From: an uncultured Actinomycetes bacterium
GTDB taxonomy: Bacteria; Actinomycetota; UBA4738; HRBIN12
DNA length: 64,000 nt
Direction: 5' to 3'
Assembly (NCBI GenBank): GCA_963775735.1
Contig: CAVZKD010000007.1
Location: 1,799,088-1,863,087, forward strand
Below, piece after piece: positions 37,001-47,331 of the stretch (its first letter is position 1; each line of letters opens with the position of its first letter). The notes beneath the pieces are model-generated. The model saw nothing but the letters and a program-made list of their open reading frames with translations. It searched no databases and was not told the DNA's origin. A program made the position numbers and the translations under genes.

Positions 37001-37534
37001 TGCAACTCGAACACCAGCGCCACGATCAACCTGAACGTCACCGACGACCAGATCGACACGCTCTCGCTGACCGCGACCTCATCGAACACCGGTCTCGTTC
37101 CGAACAGCGGTCTCGTCCTCGGCGGGAGTGGATCCGATCGAACGTTGACGATCACGACGAGCGGAGGAACCGGCAGGGCGGAGATCACCGTCACCGCGAC
37201 CGACGCGACCGGCGCGAGCGCATCGGTCAAGATCAACGTCTTCGCCGGGGGGAGCGGGGCCGACACGATCACCGGGACGTCGGGGCCGGATGTGCTCCTC
37301 GGGGCGAACGGCGCCGACCGGCTCAACGGCATCGGCGGCGTCGACCTGCTCTGCGGAGGCAACGGGAACGACCAGATCCGCGGCGGCCCCGGCGACGACA
37401 CGCTGTCGGGCGGGAACGGCGACGACACCCTGACCGGCGGCCCCGGAGCCGACGCGTTCATCGGCGGCAACGGGAACGACACCGCGACCGACTTCAACGC
37501 GGGAGAGGGGGACACGAGCACCGAGATCCCGTGA
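34050..37534 (+). pseudogene. Secreted M4 (thermolysin-like) metalloprotease with inserted PA domain, lectin-like domain and C-terminal RTX-type Ca-binding repeats; frame breaks near 35635 and 36557
   Basis: Signal peptide MGRLTRVRVAVVLSALFVVAQPLTAA. VVAHEWGHAYTE and GALNESYSD are present. PA domain IALVDRGTCGFTVKVANAQAAGATGVLVADN. Continues in ORF 35680..37650 (..PLGGVDPTITIPSVRITLQSG..GGVHTNSGVPNH) and ORF 36617..37534 (GGxGxD repeats). Confidence 0.8.
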
Positions 37535-37556
37535 CCCGAGATCGGTCATCGAACGA

Positions 37557-37588
37557 CGAGAGGCGCCGGCGCGAGTCGGCGCCTCTCG
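37557..37588 (+). terminator. 12-bp perfect stem hairpin after the protease gene
   Basis: CGAGAGGCGCCG-gcgcgagt-CGGCGCCTCTCG, followed by TTC. Confidence 0.5.
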
Positions 37589-37646
37589 TTCACCGGATTC
37601 GGACGGAGGCGGAGCGGCTCCGCAGGGGGAGGACTAGGCTCGGGAC

Positions 37647-38054
37647 GTGAGCGAAGCCCCGCAGCGGAGCCTCATCCTGATCCTGGCGCGCAGCTTCGCC
37701 TCGCGGCTGGCGACCGCGGTGTTCCTCGTCGACGCCGACGGCAGCGTGATCTACTTCAACGAGGCGGCGGAACGGCTGCTCGGTCAGCGGTTCATCGAGG
37801 GCCACGGCATGACGGCGGTCGAGTACACGAAGCTGTTCGAACCCTCCGACCCGCAGGGCAACCGCATCCCCGTGCTCGAGACGCCCCTCGGGCTCGCGTT
37901 CTCGAAGCTCGAGCCCGCCCACGCCGAGCTCACGCTGCGCGGCGCCGACGGCGTCGTCCGCCCGATCGAGGCGACGGCGTTCCCCCTCCTCGCCCACGCG
38001 GGCGAGGCCGTCGGTGCGATCGCGATCTTCTGGGAGCGCGCGGAGGCGGGGTAG
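37647..38054 (+). CDS. PAS domain protein
   Basis: 135-aa ORF with AVFLVDADGSVIYFNEAAERLLG and RPIEATAFPL. Confidence 0.7.
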   Translation: MSEAPQRSLILILARSFASRLATAVFLVDADGSVIYFNEAAERLLGQRFIEGHGMTAVEYTKLFEPSDPQGNRIPVLETPLGLAFSKLEPAHAELTLRGADGVVRPIEATAFPLLAHAGEAVGAIAIFWERAEAG

Positions 38055-38902
38055 TGCGCATCCGCGTCTGGGGATGTCGGGGCTCGATCGCCGCGCCGGG
38101 GGCGGACACGGCTCGCTACGGCGGGAACACCTCGTGCGTCGAGGTGCGCCTGGACGACGGGTCGCTCCTGATCCTCGACGCCGGCACGGGTGCGAGGGCG
38201 CTCGGCCTGGAGCTCGTCGAGGACCTCCCGCCCCGGATCGACCTGCTCCTGACCCACCTGCACGTCGACCACGTCGAGGGGCTCGGCGCGTTCGAACCGA
38301 TCTGGCGCGCCGAGACGGAGCTCCACATCTGGGGACCGGCATCGCCCGTCGCGACGCTCGACGACCGTCTGGCCAAGTACTTCTCCCCGCCGCTGTTCCC
38401 GCTCACGCTGGCCGAGGTCCCGGCGCGCTGCGAGTTCCACGACGCGCCGACGGGTTCGTGGCGGATCGGCTCCGCGACGATCTCCTCGCGTCAGATCCTC
38501 CATCCGGGCTCGACCGTCGGCTACCGGATCGAGGCCGACGGCGCGGCGCTCGCGTACCTGACCGACCACGAGCCCGGTCTGGGGACCGACCTCGGTGCGA
38601 TGCCGACGGAGTGGATCTCCGGGTACGCGATCGCCTCCCGGGCAGACGTCCTCCTGCACGACTGTCAGTACACGGACGAGGAGTACGAGACGCGGTTCGG
38701 CTTCGGCCACTCCAGCGTCTCGCACCTGGCGACCTTCGCGGAACGAGCCGAGGTCGACCGCCTGCTCACGTTCCACCACGACCCGATGCACACGGACCCC
38801 GAGCTCGAGTCGATCCGCGACGACGTGCTCGAACGATGGGGCGTGGAGCCCGAGCGCCTGGGGATCGCGACCGAAGGAGGGCTGACCGAGGTCTCCGGCT
38901 GA
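38054..38902 (+). CDS. MBL-fold metallo-hydrolase
   Basis: 282-aa ORF with RVWGCRGSIAAPG..YGGNTSCVEV..LILDAGTG..LLLTHLHVDHVEGL. The start overlaps the PAS stop (TAGTG). Confidence 0.8.
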   Translation: MRIRVWGCRGSIAAPGADTARYGGNTSCVEVRLDDGSLLILDAGTGARALGLELVEDLPPRIDLLLTHLHVDHVEGLGAFEPIWRAETELHIWGPASPVATLDDRLAKYFSPPLFPLTLAEVPARCEFHDAPTGSWRIGSATISSRQILHPGSTVGYRIEADGAALAYLTDHEPGLGTDLGAMPTEWISGYAIASRADVLLHDCQYTDEEYETRFGFGHSSVSHLATFAERAEVDRLLTFHHDPMHTDPELESIRDDVLERWGVEPERLGIATEGGLTEVSG

Positions 38903-38911
38903 GCCCGCCGG

Positions 38912-39442
38912 TTACCAGTACCTGGCCGTGGCCATCGCGAACACCGAGATCGCGAGCAACCCCAGGTCCACGCGTCCGATCAGCCGCATGCGTCCCTGGA
39001 TCGCGTGCATCCGAGCTCCTTGTTCCGGGGTCGGTGGCCCGCCCGACGCCTGGATCTCCGTGCCGACCGCGGTGAGCTTCTTGAGGTTCGGCGGGATGCC
39101 GATCACCCCCGCGAGGAACGCGGCGGTCGCCGCGACGCCGCCGATCGTGAGCCAGAGCCCGTAGCTGCTCCCGACCCAGTCGCCGAGGCTCCCGAAGTCC
39201 TGCCAGCCGTTGAACCAGAGCACCCAGCCGCCGATGACGGCCACCGCCGCGACCACCGTGATGATCTCCGGGACCTTCCGGCGGCCCACGACCTCCTCCA
39301 TGAACGGCCCCGCGGCAGGCCCGAGTGAGGCCGCGGCCGGCTCGATGAACACGGTGAACAGGAAGGCGGATCCCGCCCACGCCACCCCGAACATGATGTG
39401 GATGACGCGGAACACGAGCTCGAACGCCTCGGCTGCAAGCAT
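38912..39442 (-). CDS. Hypothetical four-helix membrane protein
   Basis: 176-aa GC3-rich ORF with four hydrophobic segments. Confidence 0.6.
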   Translation of the reverse strand: MLAAEAFELVFRVIHIMFGVAWAGSAFLFTVFIEPAAASLGPAAGPFMEEVVGRRKVPEIITVVAAVAVIGGWVLWFNGWQDFGSLGDWVGSSYGLWLTIGGVAATAAFLAGVIGIPPNLKKLTAVGTEIQASGGPPTPEQGARMHAIQGRMRLIGRVDLGLLAISVFAMATARYW

Positions 39443-39516
39443 CTCCCTCCCCCTTCGAACCGACCTGGGCCGTGTGAGCGACCGGCGGCAATCGTAGTCG
39501 GCGTAGTCTTCGGACC

Positions 39517-40413
39517 GTGGCGCACCGGATCCTGCTCGACGTCTCGAGCCTCATGTACCGGGCGTTCTTCGCGTGGGGTCAGGAGCTCCGGTCGCCGGGC
39601 GGACGACCGGTGGGCGCCGTGCATGGGTACCTGGACATGCTCGTGCGCCTGATCGTCTCGCGCCGGCCCGACGAGGTCGTGCACGCCTACGATCACGAGT
39701 GGCGCCCGGTCGCCCGCACCGACCTGTACGAGGGCTACAAGGCGAACCGGCAACCCGACCCGCCGGACCTGCCCGACCAGTTCCCGATGCTCCGGCAGGT
39801 GCTCGATCTCGCCGGGATGCAGCAGGCCATGACCCAGGGATGGGAGGCCGAGGATGCGATCGGCGGGCTCTGCGCGATCGCGGATCCGAAGGACCGCATC
39901 GAGATCGTGAGCGGCGACCGGGACCTGATCCAGCTCGTACACGATCCGGCGGTCAAGTTCCTATTCACCGTCCGGGGCGTCTCGGACCTGCTCGAGCTCG
40001 ACGAGGCCGGCGTCCTGGACAAGTACGGGATCCCCGCGGCTCGCTATTCGGAGTTCGCGATCCTGCGGGGCGACGCGAGCGACGGCCTGCCGGGCGTCCG
40101 CGGGGTCGGCGAGAAGACGGCGAGGGCGCTCGTGCAGACCTACGCCTCGCTCGAGGAGATGCTCGACGACGCGCGATCGGACGAACCGAAGCCCGGGCCG
40201 ATGAAGGGCAAACCCGCACTGCGTGCACGCCTCCGCGATGCGGCCGACTACATCGCGACCATGCAGCAGATCGTTCCCGTGAACGCGACCGCCCCGCTCG
40301 ACCGGTGGCACGGCGAGCGGGACGACGCGGCGCTCGGCGAGCTCGCCGAGGAGCTCGGCCTGCGGGGCCCGGTCAAACGGCTGCTCGCCGCGCTCGATTC
40401 GACCGGCGCGTAA
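39517..40413 (+). CDS. 5'-3' exonuclease (FEN / Pol I N-terminal domain family)
   Basis: 298-aa ORF with ILLDVSSLMYRAFF, YKANR, SGDRDLIQL and GDASDGLPGVRGVGEKTA. Confidence 0.85.
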   Translation: MAHRILLDVSSLMYRAFFAWGQELRSPGGRPVGAVHGYLDMLVRLIVSRRPDEVVHAYDHEWRPVARTDLYEGYKANRQPDPPDLPDQFPMLRQVLDLAGMQQAMTQGWEAEDAIGGLCAIADPKDRIEIVSGDRDLIQLVHDPAVKFLFTVRGVSDLLELDEAGVLDKYGIPAARYSEFAILRGDASDGLPGVRGVGEKTARALVQTYASLEEMLDDARSDEPKPGPMKGKPALRARLRDAADYIATMQQIVPVNATAPLDRWHGERDDAALGELAEELGLRGPVKRLLAALDSTGA

Positions 40414-40557
40414 CACCCTTCACATACCGATCCATCCGTAGCGGCCGTGCCCTAACGCGCCGATCGTAGGGAGATCGGGCGAAGACTCTTGGCGGTTCCG
40501 GCGCAATGGTTTCGGGGAATAGTGTCGTCAGGAAGGTCGAGGGGACGGGAGGGGGCC

Positions 40558-41004
40558 ATGCACAAGCTTCGAGTCGTGGTCGCGTTCGCGATGCTCTGGA
40601 TGCTGGCCGTCGCGGTCCAGCCGATCCCGGTTGGGGCACAGCCGGTCTGCACTCGGACCGGCAACGACAACGCCAACAGCCTGCCGAGCACCAGCGGGCC
40701 GGATGTCCTGTGCGGGCGGGGCGGGAACGATCGCCTCGCCGGCCGAGCCGGTGGCGACACGTTGCTCGGTGAGGGGGGTCACGACCTGCTGATCGGCGGC
40801 TCCGGTGGCGACACGCTGCGAGGCGGTGGAGGCGGGGACACGCTCCTCGGTGGACCCGGGGAGGACCAGCTGGTCGCCGGCGTCGGATCCGATCTGATCG
40901 ATGCGATCGGCGGGGATGCCGACACCGTGCGTGCCGGCGGCGGCATGGACGTCTGCTACGTCGACCCGAACGACACGGTTCGCGGTTGCGAGGTCGAGGT
41001 CTAG
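40558..41004 (+). CDS. Small secreted protein with RTX-like GGxGxD repeats
   Basis: 148 aa from ATG 40558. A signal peptide is followed by GRGGNDRLAGRAGGDTLLGEGGHDLLIGGSGGDTLRGGGGGDTLLGGPGED. Confidence 0.65.
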   Translation: MHKLRVVVAFAMLWMLAVAVQPIPVGAQPVCTRTGNDNANSLPSTSGPDVLCGRGGNDRLAGRAGGDTLLGEGGHDLLIGGSGGDTLRGGGGGDTLLGGPGEDQLVAGVGSDLIDAIGGDADTVRAGGGMDVCYVDPNDTVRGCEVEV

Positions 41005-41045
41005 TCGGTTCGTCCCGAGCGAGCGCCCGCCCATAGACTCCGGGC

Positions 41046-41936
41046 GTGACCCGGCCGGTCCGCGTCGGCGTGCAGCTCCCCGAGGTCGAGCGCGACGTGC
41101 GCTGGCCCGAGATCGTGTCGATGGCGCGCGCGGCCGAGGAGGTCGGCTTCGACTCGTCTGGACCGGCGACCACCTGCTCTATCGCGGGGACGGCCGTGCC
41201 GGAACGCGGGCCATGGGACGCGTGGACCGAGCTCGCGGCTCTCGCGGCCGCGACCGAGCGCGTGCGCCTCGGACCGCTCGTCGCGTGCGCCGCGTTCCAC
41301 CCGCCGGGCATCCTCGCGCGGATGGCCGCGTCGATCGACGAGATCAGCGGCGGGCGGTTCGTCCTGGGGATCGGCGCGGGGTGGAACGAGACCGAGTTCC
41401 GCGCGTTCGGCATCCCGTTCGACCAACGCGTCGCCAGATTCGAGGAGGCGTTCGAGATCGTCCGAGGCCTGCTGGCCGGCGAGCGCGTCACCGTGCACGG
41501 CCGGTTCCACCGAATGGAGGACGCGGTGCTGCTCCCCCAGCCGGCTCGCCGGACACCGCTCATGGTCGGCTCGACCGGCGAGCGCGTCCTCCGCGCCACG
41601 CTCCCTCACGTCGACGCGTGGAACACGTGGTACACCGCGTTCGGGAACCGTCCGGAGCGCTTCGCCGAGTTGAACGCGCGGATCACGGCGCTCGTCGAAG
41701 ATGTCGGCCGCAGGCCCGAGGAGGTCGAGCGGAGCGCGTGCGCGCTCGTCGTACTCGACCCCGACGCCGGCGAGCGGGAGGTCCGTGATGGAGTCGTTCC
41801 ACTTGAAGGCTCCTCCGAGCGGATCGCCGATGGGATCCGCGCGCTCTCCGAGGCGGGCGCCGACGAGGTGATCCTCGTGCTGAGTCCGATCACCGAGCGA
41901 TCGATCCGCGATCTCGCCGAAGCCATCGAGCGATAG
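41046..41936 (+). CDS. LLM-class (luciferase-like) F420/flavin-dependent oxidoreductase
   Basis: 296-aa ORF with AEEVGFDS, LGIGAGWNETEF. Residues from about 41157 to 41205 read correctly only in another frame (VWTGDHLLYRGDG). This implies two compensating indels that leave the ORF open. Confidence 0.8.
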   Translation: MTRPVRVGVQLPEVERDVRWPEIVSMARAAEEVGFDSSGPATTCSIAGTAVPERGPWDAWTELAALAAATERVRLGPLVACAAFHPPGILARMAASIDEISGGRFVLGIGAGWNETEFRAFGIPFDQRVARFEEAFEIVRGLLAGERVTVHGRFHRMEDAVLLPQPARRTPLMVGSTGERVLRATLPHVDAWNTWYTAFGNRPERFAELNARITALVEDVGRRPEEVERSACALVVLDPDAGEREVRDGVVPLEGSSERIADGIRALSEAGADEVILVLSPITERSIRDLAEAIER

Positions 41937-42748
41937 TCCCGGCTGACGTACGTTTCCTGCGCACTCGGGTTGCGCGCTCGCCCAACAGCGGGTTCATCCG
42001 CCGGAGGTTTGTCGTTCAGCCAGCGCCTCCGCCGCGGCTAGGTGCACGCCAGCAGCGGCGATAGTGGCCGAGCTGCCTCGAAGTGTGGCGAAGAGGAGTG
42101 GTTCCGGTCTCGACCACGACCTGCGGCTTCGCGGAGCCGATCGTCACCGGAGCCGCCAGCTCCCTCACGAACTGGCCGTTTTGTCGCGACGTGCTCTTAA
42201 CTCGCCTCCGATGCAAGCGACTCGGAGTGTCAGCCACCCGACACGCCCGATGTCGGCACCGTGACAGCAGCCCGATCCATTCGAGACCACCCTTGTGTCG
42301 TTGTCTGTCGTCGATAGGAACGGAAGCTGGTGTGACCAGATGCCTGAAGAGTCCTCTAGACAGAGCCGATCGCAGGCTTCGATGAGAGACGTCTCATCAT
42401 TCGCGTTCGGTGCTGCCGCATACCACATTCACGCAACTCGGCAACGAGGCGTCCATTCCGTCAAGCAAAGGCTCCGCGTATGAAAGCTACGTTCGTTTGA
42501 CGTATCGCTCCAGCGGCAGCAGTGGTCGTATTCGCAGGTTGGATCTCGGAACGTTCGTCTGCATGCAGTTCGACGAGGGAGGGGTCGGGATGAGTCGGAG
42601 TCGCGCGCGCAGATCAGTTGGAGCTAGGCCGTCCGTTTCACGAACCGGCAGGTGGGCTGCTGTTCCGTGGGCGATCGTGCGTTCCATGCTCGCACTCGGT
42701 GTCATCGGGGCCACACTACTCTTGGGATTGCCTCCAGCCTACGCGGCG

Positions 42749-43573
42749 CCGCCGATCGCCCAGGACGACGAGCTCACCGTGGTCGAAGACACGGCTCACA
42801 GTATCTTCGTCCTCTTCAACGACTCGGACGCCGACTTCGATCCTCTAACTGTCACTGGCAACACCGACCCGGCGCACGGCACGGCGACCTGCGACGAGTT
42901 CGGTGATTGCACCTACACACCCGACACCGGCTACCTCGGTCCGGATAGCTTCGATTACACGGTGAGCGATGGCACCGAGACGGACATTGGCACCGTAGCT
43001 GTGACCGTCGTTGCGAACTCGCCGCCGGTCGCGGTCGACGACGAGCTCACCGTGGTCGAGGAACGGAATGGCGCCGTCTTCGTCCTCAGCAACGATGATG
43101 ATCCTGATCTCTCGCTCGGCGACGAATTGTCAGTGACCGCCAACACCGACCCGGCGCACGGCACGGCGACCTGCGACGAGTTCGGTGATTGCACCTACAC
43201 ACCCGACACCGGCTACCTCGGTCCGGATAGCTTCGACTACACGGTGAGCGATGGCACCGAGACGGACACGGGCACCGTCGCTGTGACCGTCGTTGCGAAC
43301 TCGCCGCCCGTCGCGGTCGACGACGAGCTCACCGTGGCCGAGGACACATTTGGTGTTGTCTTCGTCCTCGACAACGACTCAGACCCGAACTTCGATCCCC
43401 TGACAGTCACAGGCAACACCGACCCGGCGCACGGCACGGTGACCTGCGAAGAGTTCGGTGATTGCACCTACACCCCCGACACCGGCTACGTCGGCCCGGA
43501 CAGCTTCGATTACACGGTGAGCGATGGCACCGAGACGGACACGGGCACCGTCGCTGTGACCGTCCTGGTGAAC
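42749..43573 (+). repeat. Adhesin repeat family A: three tandem units of 270-282 bp
   Basis: The unit ..DDELTVVED..NTDPAHGTATCDEFGDCTYTPDTGYLGPDSFDYTVSDGTETD.GTVAVTVVANS is repeated. The DNA is nearly identical over stretches of about 150 bp. Confidence 0.85.
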
Positions 43574-44617
43574 CTCCCCGAGACCGTCACCAACGACGAC
43601 GCGGGTGCTGCCGCCATCGCAGCCGCCATCACGACCGATCCCTCGACCATCACGGGGGCGGGTTTCGACGCCGTCCCGACGTCCGGGACGCCGAATGCCG
43701 TGGTGCCCGGTGTCCTCGGGGGCTTCCCAACGGACGGTTCGAGTTTCGGGCTCCTCACGAGCGGCGACGCGAACCTGGCCGACGATCCCAACGACTCCGG
43801 CAGCTCGGGGCAGGACATCGGCGGCGCCAGCGTCCGTGGGAACACCGACTTCGATGTCACGATCCTCGCCATCGATCTGAACGTCCCGTCCACGGCGAAC
43901 TGCCTCACGATCGACTTCCAGTTCCTCTCCGAGGAGTATCCGGAGTTCGTTGGGACCTCAGTTCAACGACGCCTTCATCGCTGAGCTCGATACCTCGGAC
44001 TGGGCGACCGCGGGGAGCACGATCACGGCTCCCCACAACTTCGCGTTCGATCAGAATGGCGATGTCGTCAGCATCAACTCGAGCGGTGTCGCGGCGATGA
44101 CAGCTGGCGAGGCGGCCGGCACGACCTACGACGGGGCGACGCCACGCTTGTCGGCATCGGCCCAGGTGTCGACGGGCACGCACACCCTCTATCTCTCGAT
44201 CTTCGACCAGGGTGACCACATCCTCGACTCGGCGGTGTTCCTGGACAACCTCGTCCTTGGGTTCGTTCCCGGACCCCGACACGCAGTGCGCACCGGGAGC
44301 GGTCCTGCGGAACTTCGAACTGACGCTCTCGCCGGAGACGGCCACGAACCCGGTCGGCAGCGAGCACACCGTCACCGCGACGCTCACCGAGACCGTGAGC
44401 GGAGCCCCGGTCCCGGACGCGGAGATCTCGTTCACGGTGGAAGGCGCGAACGCGACGATCGGCTCGGCAACCACGAACCAGAACGGCGAGGCCACCTTCA
44501 CGTACCTGGGCAGCACGGCGGGGGAGGACTCGATCACCGCGTGCTACGACGCGGATACGAGCGGAACATGCGACACGGGTGATGCGATCGCCGTCGCGAC
44601 GAAGACGTGGCAGGGTG

Positions 44618-45449
44618 CCGGTCAACCCGATGCACGTCGACGACGCCCTGACGACCCAGGAGGACACGCCCGGGACCGTGAGCGTCCTCGGGAACGACAC
44701 GGACCCGGACGGCGACACCCTCACGGTCGACCGGGAACAGCCAGGGGGCCAACGGGTCCGTCACATGCACGGCGGGCGGCGCCTGCACCTACACGCCGAA
44801 CGCGAACTTCAACGGGACGGATTCCTTCACCTACACGATCTCCGACGGCAACGGAGGGACCGACACCGCGATCGTGAACGTGACGGTGACGCCCGTGAAC
44901 GATCAGCCGAACGCCGTCGACGACGCCCTGACGACCCAGGAGGACACGCCCGGGACCGTGAGCGTCCTCGGGAACGACACGGACCCGGACGGCGACACCC
45001 TCACGGTGACCGGGAACAGCCAGGGGGCCAACGGGTCCGTCACATGCACGGCGGGCGGCGCCTGCACCTACACGCCGAACGCGAACTTCAACGGGACGGA
45101 TTCCTTCACCTACACGATCTCCGACGGCGACGGAGGGACCGACACCGCGATCGTGAACGTGACGGTGACGCCCGTGAACGATCAGCCGAACGCCGTCGAC
45201 GACGCCCTGACGACCCAGGAGGACGCGCCCGGGACCGTGAGCGTCCTCGGGAACGACACGGACCCGGACGGCGACACCCTCACGGTGACCGGGAACAGCC
45301 AGGGGGCGAACGGGTCCGTCACATGCACGGCGGGCGGCGCCTGCACCTACACGCCGAACGCGAACTTCAACGGGACGGACTCCTTCACCTACATGATCTC
45401 CGACGGCAACACGGGGGGACCGACACCGCGATCGTGAACGTGACGGTCG
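44618..45449 (+). repeat. Adhesin repeat family B: three tandem units of 279 bp, copies 2 and 3 differ at only a handful of positions
   Basis: The unit is TPVNDQPNAVDDALTTQEDTPGTVSVLGNDTDPDGDTLTVTGNSQGANGSVTCTAGGACTYTPNANFNGTDSFTYTISDG.GGTDTAIVNVTV. Confidence 0.9.
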
Positions 45450-45918
45450 ACCCGGTGGCGGACCAGGAGATCTGCGACGACGGGATCGACAACGACGGCG
45501 ATGGCCTGATCGACGGCGAGGACCCGGACTGCGCCGACTCGATCCAGGTCGGGGTCGACGTGATCCCGGGTCCGCAGAAGAAGGTGAAGCTTTCCGTCGC
45601 GATCGTGCCGGTCGCGATCATCACGACCAGCACCTTCGACGCCACCCAGGTCGACCCCTTGAGCGTGTGCTTCGGCGACGCCGAGGAGCCGTCCCAACGG
45701 GACTGCACGCCGAGGGGGAACCGCGGTCAGGCCTTGGACGTGGACCGGGACGGGGATCTCGACTTCGTCCTGCGGTACGAGATCGCGCAGACCGGCATCG
45801 ACATGGGCGACACGCAGGCGTGCCTGACCGGGAACCTGACCGGCGGCCAGGCGATCGAGGGGTGCGGAACGATCGTCGTCGTCCCGTAGCTCGTCCGCGG
45901 GTGAGAGCATGAGCTTCC

Positions 45919-47331
45919 GTGAGGAAGCTCATGCTCTTCGCCGTCTCGTGCGCGCTGCTGCTGGCCGCCTGCTCGACATCGTCCGCCGCCCCTGAGCCGG
46001 AGCCGCCGGCACCCACGACGTCCGTCGAACCCTCGGTCGCCGCGCCGGTCGGTGTGGTCGAGGCGAACTCGGGACCGGTCGAGGAGGTCACGGTCGACGG
46101 CGTCATCGATCATCTCGAGGCGCTCCAGGACATCGCCGACGAGCACGACGGCACGAGGGTCTCGGGCTCGCCCGGATACGACGCCTCGGTCCGCTACGTC
46201 GCCGACGTCCTTCGGGAAACGGGGTACGAGGTCGGGTTGGTCTCCACCGAGGTGCCCGTGTTCGAGCTCGAGGGACCGACGGTGTTCGAGCGGACCTCGC
46301 CCGACCCACGTCGATGGGTCGACGGCGTCGACTTCCGGTCGATGCTCTTCTCGCCGAGCGGCGACGTCCGCGGTCGCGTCTCCTTCGCCGGGACCGGCTG
46401 CGCCGCATCGGACTTCGCAGGCTTCCCGGCCGGTGACGTCGCGCTCGTCGTTCCGGGCGACTGTTTCCGCCGCGATCAGGTGCGCCTGGCGCAGGGCGCC
46501 GAGGCGACCGCGTTGATCGGCGTCGGGCGCACCGGGACCGGGTCCCCGCTGCGTCCGACCCTCGTGTACCCCGAGGGCATCGCGATCCCGGCGATCTCGG
46601 TGACCTCGGACCTCGGCGCCCAGATCGAGGAGGGCTCGCTCGTCCACATCCGCGTCCGCGCCTCGACGCACTACGAGGACGTCGAGAGCGTGATCGCCGA
46701 TCTGCCCGGCGGACGCGGCGACGTGGTGATGCTCGGCGGCCACCTGGATTCGGCGATGGACGGGCCGGGCCTGAACGACAACGGGTCGGGTACCGCGCTC
46801 CTGCTGGAGACGGCCCGGTGGCTCGCCGGCGCCGAGCCCGAGGCCGCGGTCCGCTTCGCGTTCTGGGCCGGCGAGGAGGAGGGGCTGTGGGGTTCGTGGG
46901 ACTACGCGCACCGCCTGCCCTCGGAGGACCGGGATGCGATCGAGGTCTACATCAACATGGACATGATCGCCTCACCGAACTTCGTCACGTTCGTCTACGA
47001 GGCGGACGACGATCCCGTGAGCCGGCTCGTCGAGGATCTGTTCGTCGAGTCGCTCGAGGACGCGGGGCTCGAGAGCGAGCTCCTGAACCTGCACGGTTCA
47101 TCCGATCATGCGGCGTTCGCGGACGTGGGCGTCCCGACCGGCGGCCTGTACTCGGGCTCGCAGGAGATCAAGACGGACGAGCAGGCCGAGCGCTTCGGCG
47201 GGACCCCGGACGATCCGCTCGACGCGTGCTACCACCAGCCCTGCGACACGCTGGAGAACCTGAGTCGCAGCGCGATCCGGATCCACGCGGCCGCGTTCGT
47301 CGAGGTCGTGACCGCGCTGCTGCTCACGTAG
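45919..47331 (+). CDS. M28 family aminopeptidase lipoprotein with PA domain
   Basis: 470-aa ORF with lipobox LLLAAC. Motifs: MLGGHLDS, LNDNGSGTA, WAGEEEGLWGS and HGSSDHAAF. Confidence 0.85.
   Translation: MRKLMLFAVSCALLLAACSTSSAAPEPEPPAPTTSVEPSVAAPVGVVEANSGPVEEVTVDGVIDHLEALQDIADEHDGTRVSGSPGYDASVRYVADVLRETGYEVGLVSTEVPVFELEGPTVFERTSPDPRRWVDGVDFRSMLFSPSGDVRGRVSFAGTGCAASDFAGFPAGDVALVVPGDCFRRDQVRLAQGAEATALIGVGRTGTGSPLRPTLVYPEGIAIPAISVTSDLGAQIEEGSLVHIRVRASTHYEDVESVIADLPGGRGDVVMLGGHLDSAMDGPGLNDNGSGTALLLETARWLAGAEPEAAVRFAFWAGEEEGLWGSWDYAHRLPSEDRDAIEVYINMDMIASPNFVTFVYEADDDPVSRLVEDLFVESLEDAGLESELLNLHGSSDHAAFADVGVPTGGLYSGSQEIKTDEQAERFGGTPDDPLDACYHQPCDTLENLSRSAIRIHAAAFVEVVTALLLT

Larger units (their letters stand above)
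42590..45889 (+). pseudogene. Secreted adhesin-like protein of about 1100 aa: 3 cadherin-like repeats, choice-of-anchor-L-like domain, Ig-like domain, 3 more cadherin-like repeats, Cys/Asp-rich tail; about 5 frame breaks
   Basis: ATG 42590 is preceded by GGGAGGGG and followed by a signal peptide. Contains FQFLSEEYPEFVG/FNDAFIAELD (choice-of-anchor L signature). Breaks lie near 43958, 44271, 44615, 44729 and 45420. The pieces are in ORFs 42410..43984, 43950..44582, 44212..44877, 44874..45437 and 44579..45889. Confidence 0.75.

Noticed and set aside
42016-42483. ORFs of 62-100 aa in the AT-richer gap (42016..42237 minus, 42165..42428 minus, 42083..42385 plus, 42295..42483 plus).
   Set aside because: They have low GC3, no SD and no recognisable motifs, and they overlap one another. 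I treat the region as non-coding or decayed.
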